Part shown: positions 24,471 through 35,200 of the stretch, one piece after another | Layout of the letters: each line of letters starts with the position of its first letter | How positions within the stretch are numbered: position 1 is the first letter of the stretch | Assembly: GCA_016000265.1 (NCBI GenBank) | Contig: JAECRL010000013.1 | Span: forward strand, 7,387-71,386 | Source of the DNA: Burkholderiales bacterium | GTDB taxonomy: Bacteria > Pseudomonadota > Gammaproteobacteria > Burkholderiales > Burkholderiaceae_C | Reading direction: 5' to 3' | DNA: 64,000 nucleotides | Position numbers and translations under genes: made by a program | The notes under the pieces: model-generated | Seen by the model: only the letters and a program-made list of their open reading frames with translations | Told to the model about the DNA's origin: nothing | Database searches by the model: none

Positions 24471-25059
24471 ATGGCGGGCTCACATCCACGAACCGAGACA
24501 CCGAAGCCCAATTCCGTCAGGATGTCTTGCAGAACGCGGTCAAAGCCACCGTCCTGTCGCGATGGCAGGACCTGGAGCTCCCCAATGCCTGGCTGGTGGC
24601 TGTCTGTTCCAGACAGTCTGGAACCTGCAACGCGGCCGCCCGCCTGGCCAGGGCATCAAAGACCACGACCTGTTCTATTTCGATCCCCCCGACCTGAGCG
24701 AGGCCGCTGAAGCGCAGGCCCAGTCCCGGGCAAGGTCCCTGCTGGCTGACCTTGACGCCACGGTTGAAGTGGCCAATCAGGCACGTGTCCACCTCTGGTA
24801 CTCAGGGCACTTCGGGCGACCATGCCCACCGCTGCAGTCGAGCGAAGATGGCATTCGGCGCTTTCTCGTGCTGGAAGCGTTTGTGGGCATTCGCCCCCAT
24901 GAATGCCACGCACCGTTTGGCTTCTCGGGGCTGTACGCGGGCTCGTTCACACCCAACCCACTCACGCCGTATCCGGAGCTGTTTGCCGCCAAGGTGGCCA
25001 GCTACCGAGCACGCTGGCCCACATCAGGGCGCGCGCCGACGCTGCTGAGCGAGACCTAG
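24471..25059 (+). pseudogene. DUF925 family nucleotidyltransferase-like gene, frameshifted
   Basis: QDVLQNAVKATVLSRWQDLELPNAWLVA in one frame, GCLFQTVWN...GIKDHDLFYFD...NQARVHLWY in the next; consistent with loss of one GGCT unit at ~24597-24600; 5' start unclear. Confidence 0.75.
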
Positions 25060-25110
25060 CCCGGGTCCACGCCGGTCACGCACGGCGCCCAAACCCTCGC
25101 GCCAAGCCCG

Positions 25111-25173
25111 TTTTTCTCCGCCTCTTCGAGATTTTTCTCGCCCACTTCGAGATTTTCTCTCTCAGTTCGAGAC
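25111..25173 (-). repeat. Right-end array of putative transposase-binding repeats
   Basis: Three contiguous TTTTCTC-N-TCGAGA units, CGAGA at 25127, 25148, 25168 (21 and 20 bp period). Confidence 0.8.
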
Positions 25174-26193
25174 ATTCACAACAGCCACCCCAGCCTGCAT
25201 GGCCTGCTGGTCGGCGTGGTAGCTCGAGCGCACCATGGCGCCCACCGCCGCGTGCGTGAAGCCCAAACGCTTGGCCTCTTCTTCGTACGCCTTGAAGGTG
25301 TCGGGGTGCACATAACGGCGCACCGGCAGGTGGTGGCCTGAAGGCGCCAGGTACTGGCCGATGGTGATCATGTCGATGCCGTGCTCACGCATGTCGCGCA
25401 TGACCTGGTAGACCTCTTCGTCGGTCTCGCCCAGGCCGACCATGATGCCGCTCTTGGTCGGCACGTCGGGGTGCAGGGCCTTGAACTTCTTGAGCAGGTT
25501 CAGGCTGAACTGGTAGTCGGAGCCCGGGCGCGCTTCCTTGTACAGGCGCGGCGCGGTCTCCAGGTTGTGGTTCATCACGTCGGGCGGCGCGGCCTTGAGG
25601 ATCTCGAGTGCGCGCTCGTCACGGCCACGGAAATCGGGCACCAGGATCTCGATGCGCGTGGCCGGCGACTGCTCGCGAACCTGCTTGATGCACTCCACGA
25701 AGTGCCCGGCGCCGCCGTCGCGCAGGTCGTCGCGGTCCACCGAGGTGATGACCACGTACTTGAGCTTGAGCGCCGCGATCGTCTTGGCCAGGTTGGCCGG
25801 CTCGTTGACGTCGAGCGGGTCGGGGCGGCCGTGGCCCACGTCGCAGAAGGGGCAGCGGCGCGTGCACTTGTCGCCCATGATCATGAACGTGGCCGTGCCG
25901 TGGCCGAAGCATTCGCCGATGTTGGGGCACGAGGCCTCTTCGCACACCGTGTGCAGCTTGTGCTCGCGCAGGATGTTCTTGATCTCGTAGAAGCGCGTGC
26001 TGGGCGAGCCGGCCTTGACGCGGATCCAGTCGGGCTTCTTGAGCACTTCGCCGGCCGGCACGATCTTGATGGGGATGCGCGCGGTCTTGGCCTGGGCCTT
26101 TTGTTTGGCCGACGGGTCGTAGGCGGCGGGAGCCCCGGAGGCAGGCGCTTGTGGCGCAGCCGGGGTCGAAGAGGAGGGGGGGGTCTCGGACAT
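25162..26193 (-). CDS. lipA: Lipoyl synthase (last codons supplied by the mobile element end)
   Basis: [28 protein letters not shown] motifs. Confidence 0.97.
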   Translation of the reverse strand: MSETPPSSSTPAAPQAPASGAPAAYDPSAKQKAQAKTARIPIKIVPAGEVLKKPDWIRVKAGSPSTRFYEIKNILREHKLHTVCEEASCPNIGECFGHGTATFMIMGDKCTRRCPFCDVGHGRPDPLDVNEPANLAKTIAALKLKYVVITSVDRDDLRDGGAGHFVECIKQVREQSPATRIEILVPDFRGRDERALEILKAAPPDVMNHNLETAPRLYKEARPGSDYQFSLNLLKKFKALHPDVPTKSGIMVGLGETDEEVYQVMRDMREHGIDMITIGQYLAPSGHHLPVRRYVHPDTFKAYEEEAKRLGFTHAAVGAMVRSSYHADQQAMQAGVAVVNVSN

Positions 26194-26254
26194 CCCGAAA
26201 CTGTAGCCCATCGGGCGGCCGCGCGGGTGTGTGGTGTGCCGCAAGGCCCCAGGG

Positions 26255-26938
26255 TCAAGGCGCCAGCGCGCGCTCGAGGTGCTGCGCCAGGCGGGCCGCG
26301 GCCTCGTCCCAGCCCACCTGCACGCCCAGGCTGGCCAGGTCGACCGTTTTCAGGCCGTTGTAGCCGCAGGGGTTGATGCGCGCGTAGGGCGAGAGGTCCA
26401 TGTCCACGTTCAGCGCCACGCCGTGGTACGTGCAGTGGCGCGTCACCTTGATGCCCAGGGCGGCGACCTTGCCCAGGCCGCGAAACGGGTCTGACGGGTC
26501 GGCCGGGCCGGTGAGCGCGGCGTGCGCGAACGGGTCGTCCAGCCGCACGTAGATGCCGGGGGCGCCCGCCACGCGGTGGCCCGTGACGCCCAGGTCGGAC
26601 AGGGTGCGCAGCACGGCCTGCTCCACGCGGTAGACGTACTCCTTGACGAAGTAGCCGCGGCGCTTGAGGTCCAGCAGCGGGTAGGCCACCACCTGGCCAG
26701 GCCCGTGGTACGTGACCTGGCCGCCGCGGTTGGTCTGCACCACGGGGATGTGGCCCGGCCCGGGCGGGTTGAGCAGCACGTGCTCGGCCTTGCCGGCCAG
26801 GCCCTGGGTGAACACAGGCGGGTGCTGGCAGACCCAGATCTGGTCGGGCTCGTCGGCGTCGCGCTGCTCGGTGAAGTCCTGCATCGCGCGCAGGGTGGGT
26901 TCGTAGGGCGCCAGGCCCAGGTTCAGAATCGTCGTCAC
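26255..26938 (-). CDS. lipB: Lipoyl(octanoyl) transferase
   Basis: [38 protein letters not shown]. Confidence 0.95.
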   Translation of the reverse strand: MTTILNLGLAPYEPTLRAMQDFTEQRDADEPDQIWVCQHPPVFTQGLAGKAEHVLLNPPGPGHIPVVQTNRGGQVTYHGPGQVVAYPLLDLKRRGYFVKEYVYRVEQAVLRTLSDLGVTGHRVAGAPGIYVRLDDPFAHAALTGPADPSDPFRGLGKVAALGIKVTRHCTYHGVALNVDMDLSPYARINPCGYNGLKTVDLASLGVQVGWDEAAARLAQHLERALAP

Positions 26939-26975
26939 GCCGCGGTTTTACCACCGCTTCGAGCCCGCGCCCGGA

Positions 26976-28142
26976 TCAGGCCCGGCCCAGCCGCTGGAAC
27001 AGCTGACCGGGCAGGCGGGCCACCTGGCCCATCAGCTCCAGCTCCAGCAGCCGCGCGCCGAGCTCCCCCGGGCCCATGCCGGTGCGCGCCGACAGGGCCT
27101 CCTGGCTGACCGGGTCGTGGCCCATGGCGCGCAGGATGGGGTCGACATCGGCGGCATCGGCGGCCTCATCCGACTCGCTCGGCTCGCTCGGCTCGGCCGC
27201 TCCGATGGCCACCCGGGAGCCAGGCCGCGCGCCCCCGAGGCGCAGCTCTTCGAGCACGTCCTGCGCCGTCTCCACGAGCTTGGCACCTTGCTTGATCAGG
27301 GCGTGACAGCCCCGCGCCTGCGGCGAGTGGATGGAGCCCGGGATGGCCAGCACCTCGCGGCCCAGCTCGCTGGCCAGGCGGGCCGTGATGAGGGAGCCGG
27401 ACTGCACCGCCGCCTCCACCACCAGGGTGCCCCGCGACAGCGCGGCCACGATGCGGTTGCGTTTGGGGAAGTTGGACGGCAGGGGCGGCGTGTCCAGCAG
27501 GAACTCCGACACCAGCAGGCCGTGACGCGCGATGCGCTGGGCCAGCTTGGTGTTGCTGCGCGGGTAGATGTGCTGCAAACCGGTGCCCAGGACGGCCACG
27601 GTGCGCCCACCGATGGGCTGCCCCGCCGCGGCGGGCCGCTCGCAAGACACCAGCGCGCCTTCGTGCGCCGCCGCGTCCACCCCGCGCGCCAGCCCCGAAA
27701 CCACGGTGACACCCGCGTCACTCAAGGCCTGGGCAAAGGCGTGGGCGTTGTCGGCGCCCTGGGCGGTGGGGTTGCGGCTGCCCACCACGGCCACGCTGGG
27801 CGCGCGCAGCAGGGACAGGTCGCCCTCGGCGAACAGCAGCAGCGGCGGGTCGGCGGCCTCCAGCAGGGTGGTGGGGTAGACCGGGTCGGCCAGGGTGATC
27901 ACCGCCCGGGTGGGCGCGGGCACCTCTGGGGAGGCGGGGGGCTCGGCGGCGGCGGGATGCAGCCAGGCCCAGCTGCGCTCGAGCTGCTCGGCCCAGCCTT
28001 CGGGGGCCTGGGTCAGCTTGGCGGGGTCGAGGCGGGGCAGCACGGCGCGGATGGCCGCGGGGCTGGCCGAAGCCACCGCCTGCGGGGAGCCCAGGGCCAT
28101 GAGCAGTTTGCGAGCGGCCAGCGGGCCCACACCGGGCGCCAT
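26976..28142 (-). CDS. dprA: DNA processing protein DprA (true start may be upstream)
   Basis: VAVVGSRNPT, VSGLARGVDAAAH, FPKRNRIVAALS, SGSLITARLA, C-terminal winged helix. Confidence 0.93.
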   Translation of the reverse strand: MAPGVGPLAARKLLMALGSPQAVASASPAAIRAVLPRLDPAKLTQAPEGWAEQLERSWAWLHPAAAEPPASPEVPAPTRAVITLADPVYPTTLLEAADPPLLLFAEGDLSLLRAPSVAVVGSRNPTAQGADNAHAFAQALSDAGVTVVSGLARGVDAAAHEGALVSCERPAAAGQPIGGRTVAVLGTGLQHIYPRSNTKLAQRIARHGLLVSEFLLDTPPLPSNFPKRNRIVAALSRGTLVVEAAVQSGSLITARLASELGREVLAIPGSIHSPQARGCHALIKQGAKLVETAQDVLEELRLGGARPGSRVAIGAAEPSEPSESDEAADAADVDPILRAMGHDPVSQEALSARTGMGPGELGARLLELELMGQVARLPGQLFQRLGRA

Positions 28143-28203
28143 GAGCAGGCGCAGCCAGGCGCCGAGCTCGGCTCGATCGATCGGGCTCGGGCTCAGGCTG
28201 GCC

Positions 28204-29421
28204 TCAGGGCTGGGTGAAGCGGTCGCCCGACTTGACCGGTTCCTTGACGTTGAGGATCAAGGCGTAGGACATGCGGTCGAAGACGCGGAAGACGAACAGC
28301 AGGCCGTGGCGCTCGTCGGGCAGCTTGATGAGGGGCTTGTCGGCCACGGTCATGTCGCGCACGGTGGAGCCGTCGCGCCACAGGGCCAGCACCGCGCCGC
28401 GGTCGAGGCCGTCGCGGCTGCCGCGGTTGAGGGTGACGATCTGGTTCTGCCCGGCGCTGAGCGCCTCGCCGTAGATGGAGACGATCTGGCCGGCCACGTC
28501 CTGGGGCGGCGCGTGCGGGACCATGTTGTCGAACTCGCGCGGCGGCACCGGGGCCAGGCGGTCGCCCACGGCGGCTTCCTGGCGGATGGTGGAGACGGTG
28601 AAGGTCGAGGGGATGACCAGGGGCTTGCCGTCCGCGCCCGTGCCTTCGGCGCCTTCGCGCGTCAGGGCCAGGGTGCCCACGTACTGGGCCTCGTAGCCCA
28701 GGACCTCGCGGGTGCCCGGGTCGCGCAGGGGCTTGGGCTCGCGGAACAGGCGCCATTCGCGGCGCCCGCCGAGTTCGCCGCGGACGTAGGCGGTTTCACC
28801 ACGCGACAGCAGCACGCGACCTTCCTGGGTGGCCACCAGGCGCGGGGCCTTGAGCAGCTCGTCGGACGACTGGAAGATCACGGCCTCGTTGAAGAAGGGC
28901 TCCAGCAGGTGCACGGGCACGGTGGAGATCGCGTCGTCGAGGCTGCCTTCGCGCACGCGGGGCGACAGGCGGGCGTCGCCACCGACGGGCTGGCCCACGC
29001 GCAGGCGGGCGCGGCCGTTGCTCTTGTCGAGGTAGAGCACCTGGCCGGGGAAGATCAGGTGGGGGTTGCGGATTTGCTGCAGATTCATGCCCCACAGCTC
29101 GGGCCAGCGCCAGGCCGACTTCAGGAACAGGCCGGAGATGTCCCACAGGGTGTCACCGCGCTTGACGGTGTGGCTGTCGGGCGCGTTGGGCGAGAGCTCG
29201 GAGAGCGGCACGCCGGCCTGGGACACCTGCTGGGCCGTGGCCTTTTGCTGGGCGGTGATCGGCAGGCTGGCGGCGCCCTGGGCGGACGCCACGCCGGGCG
29301 CCAGCGAGCTCAGGAGCGCCAGGGCAGACAGTGCAGTCAGTGAAGAAAGGGCGGACGCGATGACCGGCATCAGGCGGGGGGCGCGCAGCGGGTTGCGCAG
29401 GGTCAGCTCACGCTGGGTCAT
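28204..29421 (-). CDS. LysM peptidoglycan-binding protein (TsaP-like)
   Basis: Signal peptide; [27 protein letters not shown]...NPHLIFPGQ; usual position between dprA and def. Confidence 0.88.
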   Translation of the reverse strand: MTQRELTLRNPLRAPRLMPVIASALSSLTALSALALLSSLAPGVASAQGAASLPITAQQKATAQQVSQAGVPLSELSPNAPDSHTVKRGDTLWDISGLFLKSAWRWPELWGMNLQQIRNPHLIFPGQVLYLDKSNGRARLRVGQPVGGDARLSPRVREGSLDDAISTVPVHLLEPFFNEAVIFQSSDELLKAPRLVATQEGRVLLSRGETAYVRGELGGRREWRLFREPKPLRDPGTREVLGYEAQYVGTLALTREGAEGTGADGKPLVIPSTFTVSTIRQEAAVGDRLAPVPPREFDNMVPHAPPQDVAGQIVSIYGEALSAGQNQIVTLNRGSRDGLDRGAVLALWRDGSTVRDMTVADKPLIKLPDERHGLLFVFRVFDRMSYALILNVKEPVKSGDRFTQP

Positions 29422-29635
29422 CGAAACAGCCTCCATAACAGCCTTGACGTGGACAGTGGTGCACCAGATTCGGCAAAATCCGGGCAAGCATCGAAGGATT
29501 CTGCCCGCAAAACTCGGGCGGTCGCAATCGGTATTGCGCCGTGTTACGACAGCTCGCGCGCCCTTCGGCGACGGCCTCGTTGCGCTGCTCCCACAATACA
29601 GCCCCTGTCTCCCCCTTACGGACGAATCGCTCCCC

Positions 29636-30142
29636 ATGGCCCTGCTGCCCATCCTCCGCTACCCCGACCCCCGCCTGCACACCGTGGCCCAGCCCGTGGC
29701 CGAGGTCGACGACGCCATCCGCCAGCTCGTCGACGACATGCTGGAGACCATGTACGACGCCAAAGGGGTGGGCCTGGCCGCCACGCAGGTCGACGTGCAC
29801 CGGCGCGTGGTCGTCATCGACACCAGCGAAGAGCGCAACGAGCCGCGCGTGCTGATCAACCCCGAGATCACCTGGGCGAGTGACGAGATGATCGTGTGGG
29901 AAGAAGGCTGCCTGTCGGTGCCCACCATCTACGACAAGGTCGACCGCCACGCCCGCGTGAAGGTGCGCGCGCTCAACCGCGACGGCCAGTCCTACGAGTT
30001 CGAAGGCGACGAGCTGCTGGCCGTGTGCGTGCAGCACGAGCTCGACCACCTGCTGGGCAAGGTGTTCGTGGAGTACCTCTCCCCGCTCAAGCGCAACCGC
30101 ATCAAGACCAAGCTGGTCAAGCGCGCGCGCGACGACGAGTGA
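29636..30142 (+). CDS. def: Peptide deformylase
   Basis: [19 protein letters not shown]. Confidence 0.97.
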   Translation: MALLPILRYPDPRLHTVAQPVAEVDDAIRQLVDDMLETMYDAKGVGLAATQVDVHRRVVVIDTSEERNEPRVLINPEITWASDEMIVWEEGCLSVPTIYDKVDRHARVKVRALNRDGQSYEFEGDELLAVCVQHELDHLLGKVFVEYLSPLKRNRIKTKLVKRARDDE

Positions 30143-30153
30143 GCCACCGCCCG

Positions 30154-31116
30154 ATGAGCAACGCCCCCCTGCGTGTCGCCTTCGCCGGCACGCCCGAGTT
30201 CGCCGCCGTGGCGCTCGACGCCATCCTGGCGGCGGGCCACACCGTGCCCCTGGTGCTGACCCAGCCCGACCGCCCCGCCGGGCGCGGCATGAAGCTGCAG
30301 GCCTCGGCGGTCAAGCAGGTCGCGCTCCAGCACGGCTTGCCCGTGGCCCAGCCGCACAGCCTCAGGCTCGATGGCAAGTACCCCGAAGAAGCCGCGGCCG
30401 CGCGCGACGCCCTGCTGGCCGCGCAGCCCGACGTGATGGTGGTGGCCGCCTACGGCCTGATCCTGCCGCAGTGGACGCTGGAGCTGCCGCGCCTGGGCTG
30501 CCTGAACATCCACGGCTCGCTGCTGCCGCGCTGGCGCGGGGCGGCGCCCATCCACCGCGCCATCGAAGCCGGTGACGCCGAGACGGGCATCACCATCATG
30601 CAGATGGACGCGGGCCTGGACACGGGCGACATGCTGCTGGTGGCGCGCGAGCCCATCCTCGAAGGCGACACCACCGCGCTGCTGCACGACCGCCTGGCCG
30701 CACTCGGCGCCGGACTCGTGGTGGACGCGCTGGCGCAGGCCGGCCGGCTCACGCGCACGCCCCAGCCGGCCGAAGGCGTGAACTACGCGCACAAGATCGA
30801 GAAGGCCGAAGCGGCCATCGACTGGTCGCTGCCAGCCCGCGTGATCGAGCGGCGCGTGCGCGCCTTCGACCCCTTCCCCGGCGTGACTTTCGCGCTGCCC
30901 ACGGGCTCGGGCACCGAGGTGGTCAAGCTGTGGCGCGCCAGCGTGACGCCCGCCAGCGGCCAACCCGGCGAGGTGCTGCACGCCCAGGGCGACACCCTGG
31001 TGGTGGCCTGTGGTGAGCAGGCCCTGGCCCTGCACACGCTGCAGCGGCCCGGTGGCAAGCGCGTGGCCGCGCGTGAATTTCTGCAAAGCTGCGCCCTGCC
31101 GGCCGCATTGGCTTGA
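30154..31116 (+). CDS. fmt: Methionyl-tRNA formyltransferase
   Basis: [43 protein letters not shown]. Confidence 0.97.
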   Translation: MSNAPLRVAFAGTPEFAAVALDAILAAGHTVPLVLTQPDRPAGRGMKLQASAVKQVALQHGLPVAQPHSLRLDGKYPEEAAAARDALLAAQPDVMVVAAYGLILPQWTLELPRLGCLNIHGSLLPRWRGAAPIHRAIEAGDAETGITIMQMDAGLDTGDMLLVAREPILEGDTTALLHDRLAALGAGLVVDALAQAGRLTRTPQPAEGVNYAHKIEKAEAAIDWSLPARVIERRVRAFDPFPGVTFALPTGSGTEVVKLWRASVTPASGQPGEVLHAQGDTLVVACGEQALALHTLQRPGGKRVAAREFLQSCALPAALA

Positions 31117-31139
31117 AGCGCGGGCACAGCGCCGCATAT
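31112..31139 (+). promoter_or_regulatory. Sigma32 (RpoH) promoter of htpX
   Basis: CTTGAA (31112-31117), 14 nt, CCGCATAT (31132-31139). Confidence 0.7.
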
Positions 31140-31200
31140 AAACTGGTGCCACCATGAGGTGGTGTCTTCCATCGCTTGACGGGTCAGGAGGCCCGAAACC

Positions 31201-32046
31201 ATGTTCAACATGATGAAAACCGCCATCCTGATGGCGGCGATCACCGCCCTCTTCATGGCCATCGGCAGCATGCTGGGCGGACGCGCCGGCATGATGCTGG
31301 CCCTGGTCGTGGCCGTCGGCATGAACTTCTTCAGCTACTGGTTCTCCGACAAGATGGTGCTGAAGATGTACAACGCCCGCGAGGTCGACGAGACCTCGGC
31401 GCCGCGCTTCTACGGCATGGTGCGCGAGCTGGCCCAGCGCGCGCAGATGCCCATGCCCAAGGTCTACCTGATCGACGAGGCCGCACCCAACGCCTTCGCC
31501 ACCGGCCGCAACCCCGAAAACGCCGCCGTGGCCGCGACCACCGGCATCCTCAACGTCCTGACCGAGCGCGAGTTGCGCGGCGTGATGGCGCACGAGCTGG
31601 CCCACGTCAAGCACCGCGACATCCTCATCAGCACCATCAGCGCGACCATGGCCGGTGCCATCTCGATGCTGGCGAACTTCGCGGCCTTCTTCGGCGGGCG
31701 CGACGAGGAGGGCCGCCCGACCAACCCGATCGCCGGCATCGCCGTGGCCATCCTGGCGCCCCTGGCCGCCAGCGTGATCCAGATGGCCATCAGCCGCGCG
31801 CGCGAGTTCGAGGCCGACCGAGGTGGCGCCGAGATCAGCGGCGACCCGGCGGCCCTGGCGAGTGCGCTCGACAAGATCCACCGGTACGCACAGGGCATCC
31901 CGCTGCACGCGGCCGAGGCCCACCCCGAGACGGCGCAGATGATGATCATGAACCCGCTGTCCGGTGGCGGCCTGCGTGGGCTGTTCTCGACCCACCCGGC
32001 CACCGAGGAGCGCATCGCCCGGCTGATGGCGATGGTGCGCCGCTGA
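31201..32046 (+). CDS. htpX: Membrane zinc metalloprotease HtpX
   Basis: [15 protein letters not shown] (HExxH), [16 protein letters not shown]; AGGAGG RBS. Confidence 0.96.
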   Translation: MFNMMKTAILMAAITALFMAIGSMLGGRAGMMLALVVAVGMNFFSYWFSDKMVLKMYNAREVDETSAPRFYGMVRELAQRAQMPMPKVYLIDEAAPNAFATGRNPENAAVAATTGILNVLTERELRGVMAHELAHVKHRDILISTISATMAGAISMLANFAAFFGGRDEEGRPTNPIAGIAVAILAPLAASVIQMAISRAREFEADRGGAEISGDPAALASALDKIHRYAQGIPLHAAEAHPETAQMMIMNPLSGGGLRGLFSTHPATEERIARLMAMVRR

Positions 32047-32065
32047 AGTCGATTTGCCTCGATCG

Positions 32066-32120
32066 ATCCGTGACGCAGCGCACGGATCCCCCCCGAAGCC
32101 CCCTTGCCAAGGGGGCTTCG
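32066..32120. terminator. Two GC-rich hairpins after htpX (terminator/REP-like)
   Basis: CGAAGCCCCCTT/AAGGGGGCTTCG 12-bp stem at 32094-32120 and GATCCGTG/CACGGATC stem just upstream; no clear U-tract. Confidence 0.45.
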
Positions 32121-32217
32121 CGCATGTGGGGGGCATCAAGCCCGCAGGCAAAGCGCCGATAGCCCCTCAACGAGCCATCCCTTGGGATCCCTGGATGGTG
32201 TCTTGTTGAGGAACGGG

Positions 32218-35200
32218 ATGCAGTCTGATATCCAAGAGACACGACGCGAGTCCAGGCGCCTGCTGCAGGTGTCGTGGCTGGTGCTGGTGGTGGGGGTGGC
32301 TTTGAGCGCGTGGACCTGGCGCGAAGCCAGCGTGCGCCTGCAACACGAAGCCGACATGGCCTTCGATGCCCAGGCGCGCAGCTTCACGCAGCACCTGCAT
32401 CAGCTCGTCGACCACCACCTGGACGTGCTGGTGAGCTTCCAGGCCATGTTCCGCGTGACCGGCGAGGTCGATGAGCCGACCTTTCAGGCGCATTACCAGA
32501 CCCTCAAAGCCGAGCAGGAGTACCCCGCCTTGCTGGCGGTGCAGTACTCGCCGCTGATTCAGCACGCCGAGCGCGCCCGCTTCGAGGCGCGCATGCAGCG
32601 GCTGCACCCCGCCTTTCGCATCAACCCGCCTGGCGAGCGCAGCGAGTACCTGCCGGTGCTCTACAACGAGCCGATGGCGCGCAACCGCGTGGTCTTCGGC
32701 TACGACATCGCCTTCGAGCCCACGCGGCGCCAGGTGATGGAGGCCGCGCGCGACAGCGGCCGCATGCAGATGTCGCCGCCCATTCGCCTGCTGCAAGGCG
32801 GCCCGGACCCGCTGGCCGTGCTGGTGCGACTGCCGGTGTACCGACCCGGCCTGCCGCTGGAGACGACCGAGCAGCGCCGCGCGGCCTTCTCCGGCATGGT
32901 GGGGGGCGTGGTGCGCATCTCCGACCTGATCACGCAGACGCAGACCGGGCGCGACTGGAAAAAGCTGCACCTGCGCATCAACGACACGCTCAGCTCGGAC
33001 GACGGTGCTGGCACCGGCTCGGGTGATTTGTACGACAGCACCCGCAGCGGCCCCAGCGCCTTTCGCCCGCCCACGCAGGTGCAGGCCAACGACGCGCGCG
33101 TGCAGCAGTTCTCCCTGGCCAGCCGGCACTGGACGCTGCACTTCACGCGCCCCGCGGTGCGCCCGATGCTGCAGCCCTACCCCCTGGCCCTGCTGTTGGG
33201 CGGGCTGGTGGGTTCGGCGGCGCTGTGCGCCTTGTTCCGGGCCGCGGCCTCACGCCACGCCCGCGCCGCCGAGATGGCGCAACGCCTGAGCCAGCAGGCC
33301 CGCGACAGCGAGGACCGGCTGCGCTCGGTGATGGACCACACCATCGACGGCATCCTGTGCGTGGCCCCCTCGGGGCGCATCCTGAGCGTCAACCAGGCGG
33401 TCTGCCGCATCTTCGGCCACAACGAGTCGGCCATGCTGGGTCAGCACCTGAGCATGCTGCTGCCGGCGGCCGGCAAGCTGGAGGCCGGCAAGCGGGTGGA
33501 GTCCTTCCTGAAGGTGCAGCGCGTGGGCATGGACGGCCTGGGGCGCCACACCGAAGGCTTGCGCGCGGGCGGGCAGCACTTCCCGCTGGACCTGGCCATC
33601 AGCAGCATGGAGCACGATGGCATCCGGCAGTACATCGGCATCGTGCGGGACCTGAGTGCGCAGCAAGCCGCGGAGCGGGCCGTGCTGGAGGCGCACCGCC
33701 AGCTCAACGAGGTCGACGAGATGCGCCGCGTGATCGTGCACAGCGCGCCTTACGCCATCTTCGTGCTCAACCTGCAGGGTGTGATCCAGACCGTGAACCC
33801 GGCGGGCGAGCGCCTGCTGGGCTACAAGGCCAATGAGCTGGTGGGGCGCTGCTCGGCGCAGCATTTCTTCGACGCCGAGCAGCTCAGCGAGCGGGCACAC
33901 CTGTTGTCGATGCGACTGGGCCGCGAGGTCGACCCCGGGTCGGTGCTGTCGCACCTGGCGCGCACCGCGGCCCACCTGCCCAGCGAGTGGACGCTGCAGC
34001 GCAAGGACGGCTCGCACCTGGTGGCCGAGCTGCTGGTGACCGAGCTCAGCCAGGAGTTCAGCTCGCTGACGGGCTACCTGGCCATGGCCTACGACGTGAC
34101 CTCGCGGCGCGAAGCGGAGGACCAGGTTCAGCACATGGCGCTGCACGACGCGCTGACCGCGCTGCCCAACCGCAACATGCTGCAAGAGCAGTTGCGCCTG
34201 AGCCTGAGCGCCGCCGAACGCGAGGGCCGGCGCATGGCGATGATGTTCCTGGACCTCGACCGCTTCAAGAAGATCAACGACAGCCTGGGCCACCACATCG
34301 GCGACAGCGTGCTCATCGAGGTGGCGCGGCGGCTGCGGGAGGCCACGCGCAGCTCGGACGTGGTCGCGCGCCTGGGTGGCGATGAGTTCGTGGTGATGCT
34401 GCCCCACATCGCGGAGCCCGACGATGGCGAGCGGGTGGCGCACAAGCTGCTGGCGGCGTTCACCGAGCCACTGCGCATCGGCCCGCACGAGCTGCGCGTG
34501 ACGCCCAGCATCGGGCTGGCGCTCTACCCCGAGCACGGCACGGATGCGATCACCCTGATGCGCCACGCCGACCTGGCCATGTACCAGGCCAAGCACCGCG
34601 GGCGCAACCGCGTGCAGGTCTACAGCGAGCAGATGGACTCGCCCACGGCCGAGACGCTGGTGCTGGAAAACGACCTCTACAAGGCGCTGGAGCGCAACGA
34701 GCTGCGCCTGCACTACCAGCCTCAGTTCGATTGCCGCAGCGGCCGCATCACGGGCGCCGAGGCGCTGCTGAGGTGGCAGCATGGCGAGCGCCTGGTGCCC
34801 CCGTCCGACTTCATCCCACTGGCCGAGGAAACGGGCCTGATCGTGCCCATGGGCGAGTGGGTGCTGCGCCAGGCCTGCCTGACCGCGCAACGCTGGCGCG
34901 AGCAAAGCGGCTGGCCCCTGCGCATCGCGGTGAACCTGTCGGCGCTGCAGCTGGACCAGCCCGACCTGATCGAGACCGTTTCGCGCGCGCTGCACGACAC
35001 CGGTCTGCCGGCCACGGCGCTGGAGCTGGAGATCACCGAGAGCGTGGTGGTGCGCGAATCGCTGCGCGCCGCCGACGTGCTGACGGAGCTTCGCACGCTG
35101 GGCGTGGGCATCGCCATCGACGACTTCGGCGTGGGCTACTCCTCGTTCGCCTACCTGCGCGAGCTGCCGGTGGACCGCTTCAAGCTCGACCGCAGTTTCC

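Larger units (their letters stand above)
22829..25180. mobile_element. Non-autonomous Tn7/TnsB(Mu)-family-like mini transposon, 2352 bp
   Basis: Ends TGTGAAAGTCTCG (22829-22841) and CGAGACATTCACA (25168-25180), 12/13 inverted match; ACAGC duplicated at 22824-22828 and 25181-25185; repeated TCTCG-N-GAGAAAA units at both ends in inverted orientation; no transposase ORF. Confidence 0.85.

Noticed and set aside
22836-25173. ~21-bp periodic repeats as a CRISPR array or iterons
   Set aside because: Only three degenerate units per cluster, no unique spacers of CRISPR length, no cas or rep gene; inverted arrangement with TSD explains them as transposon ends
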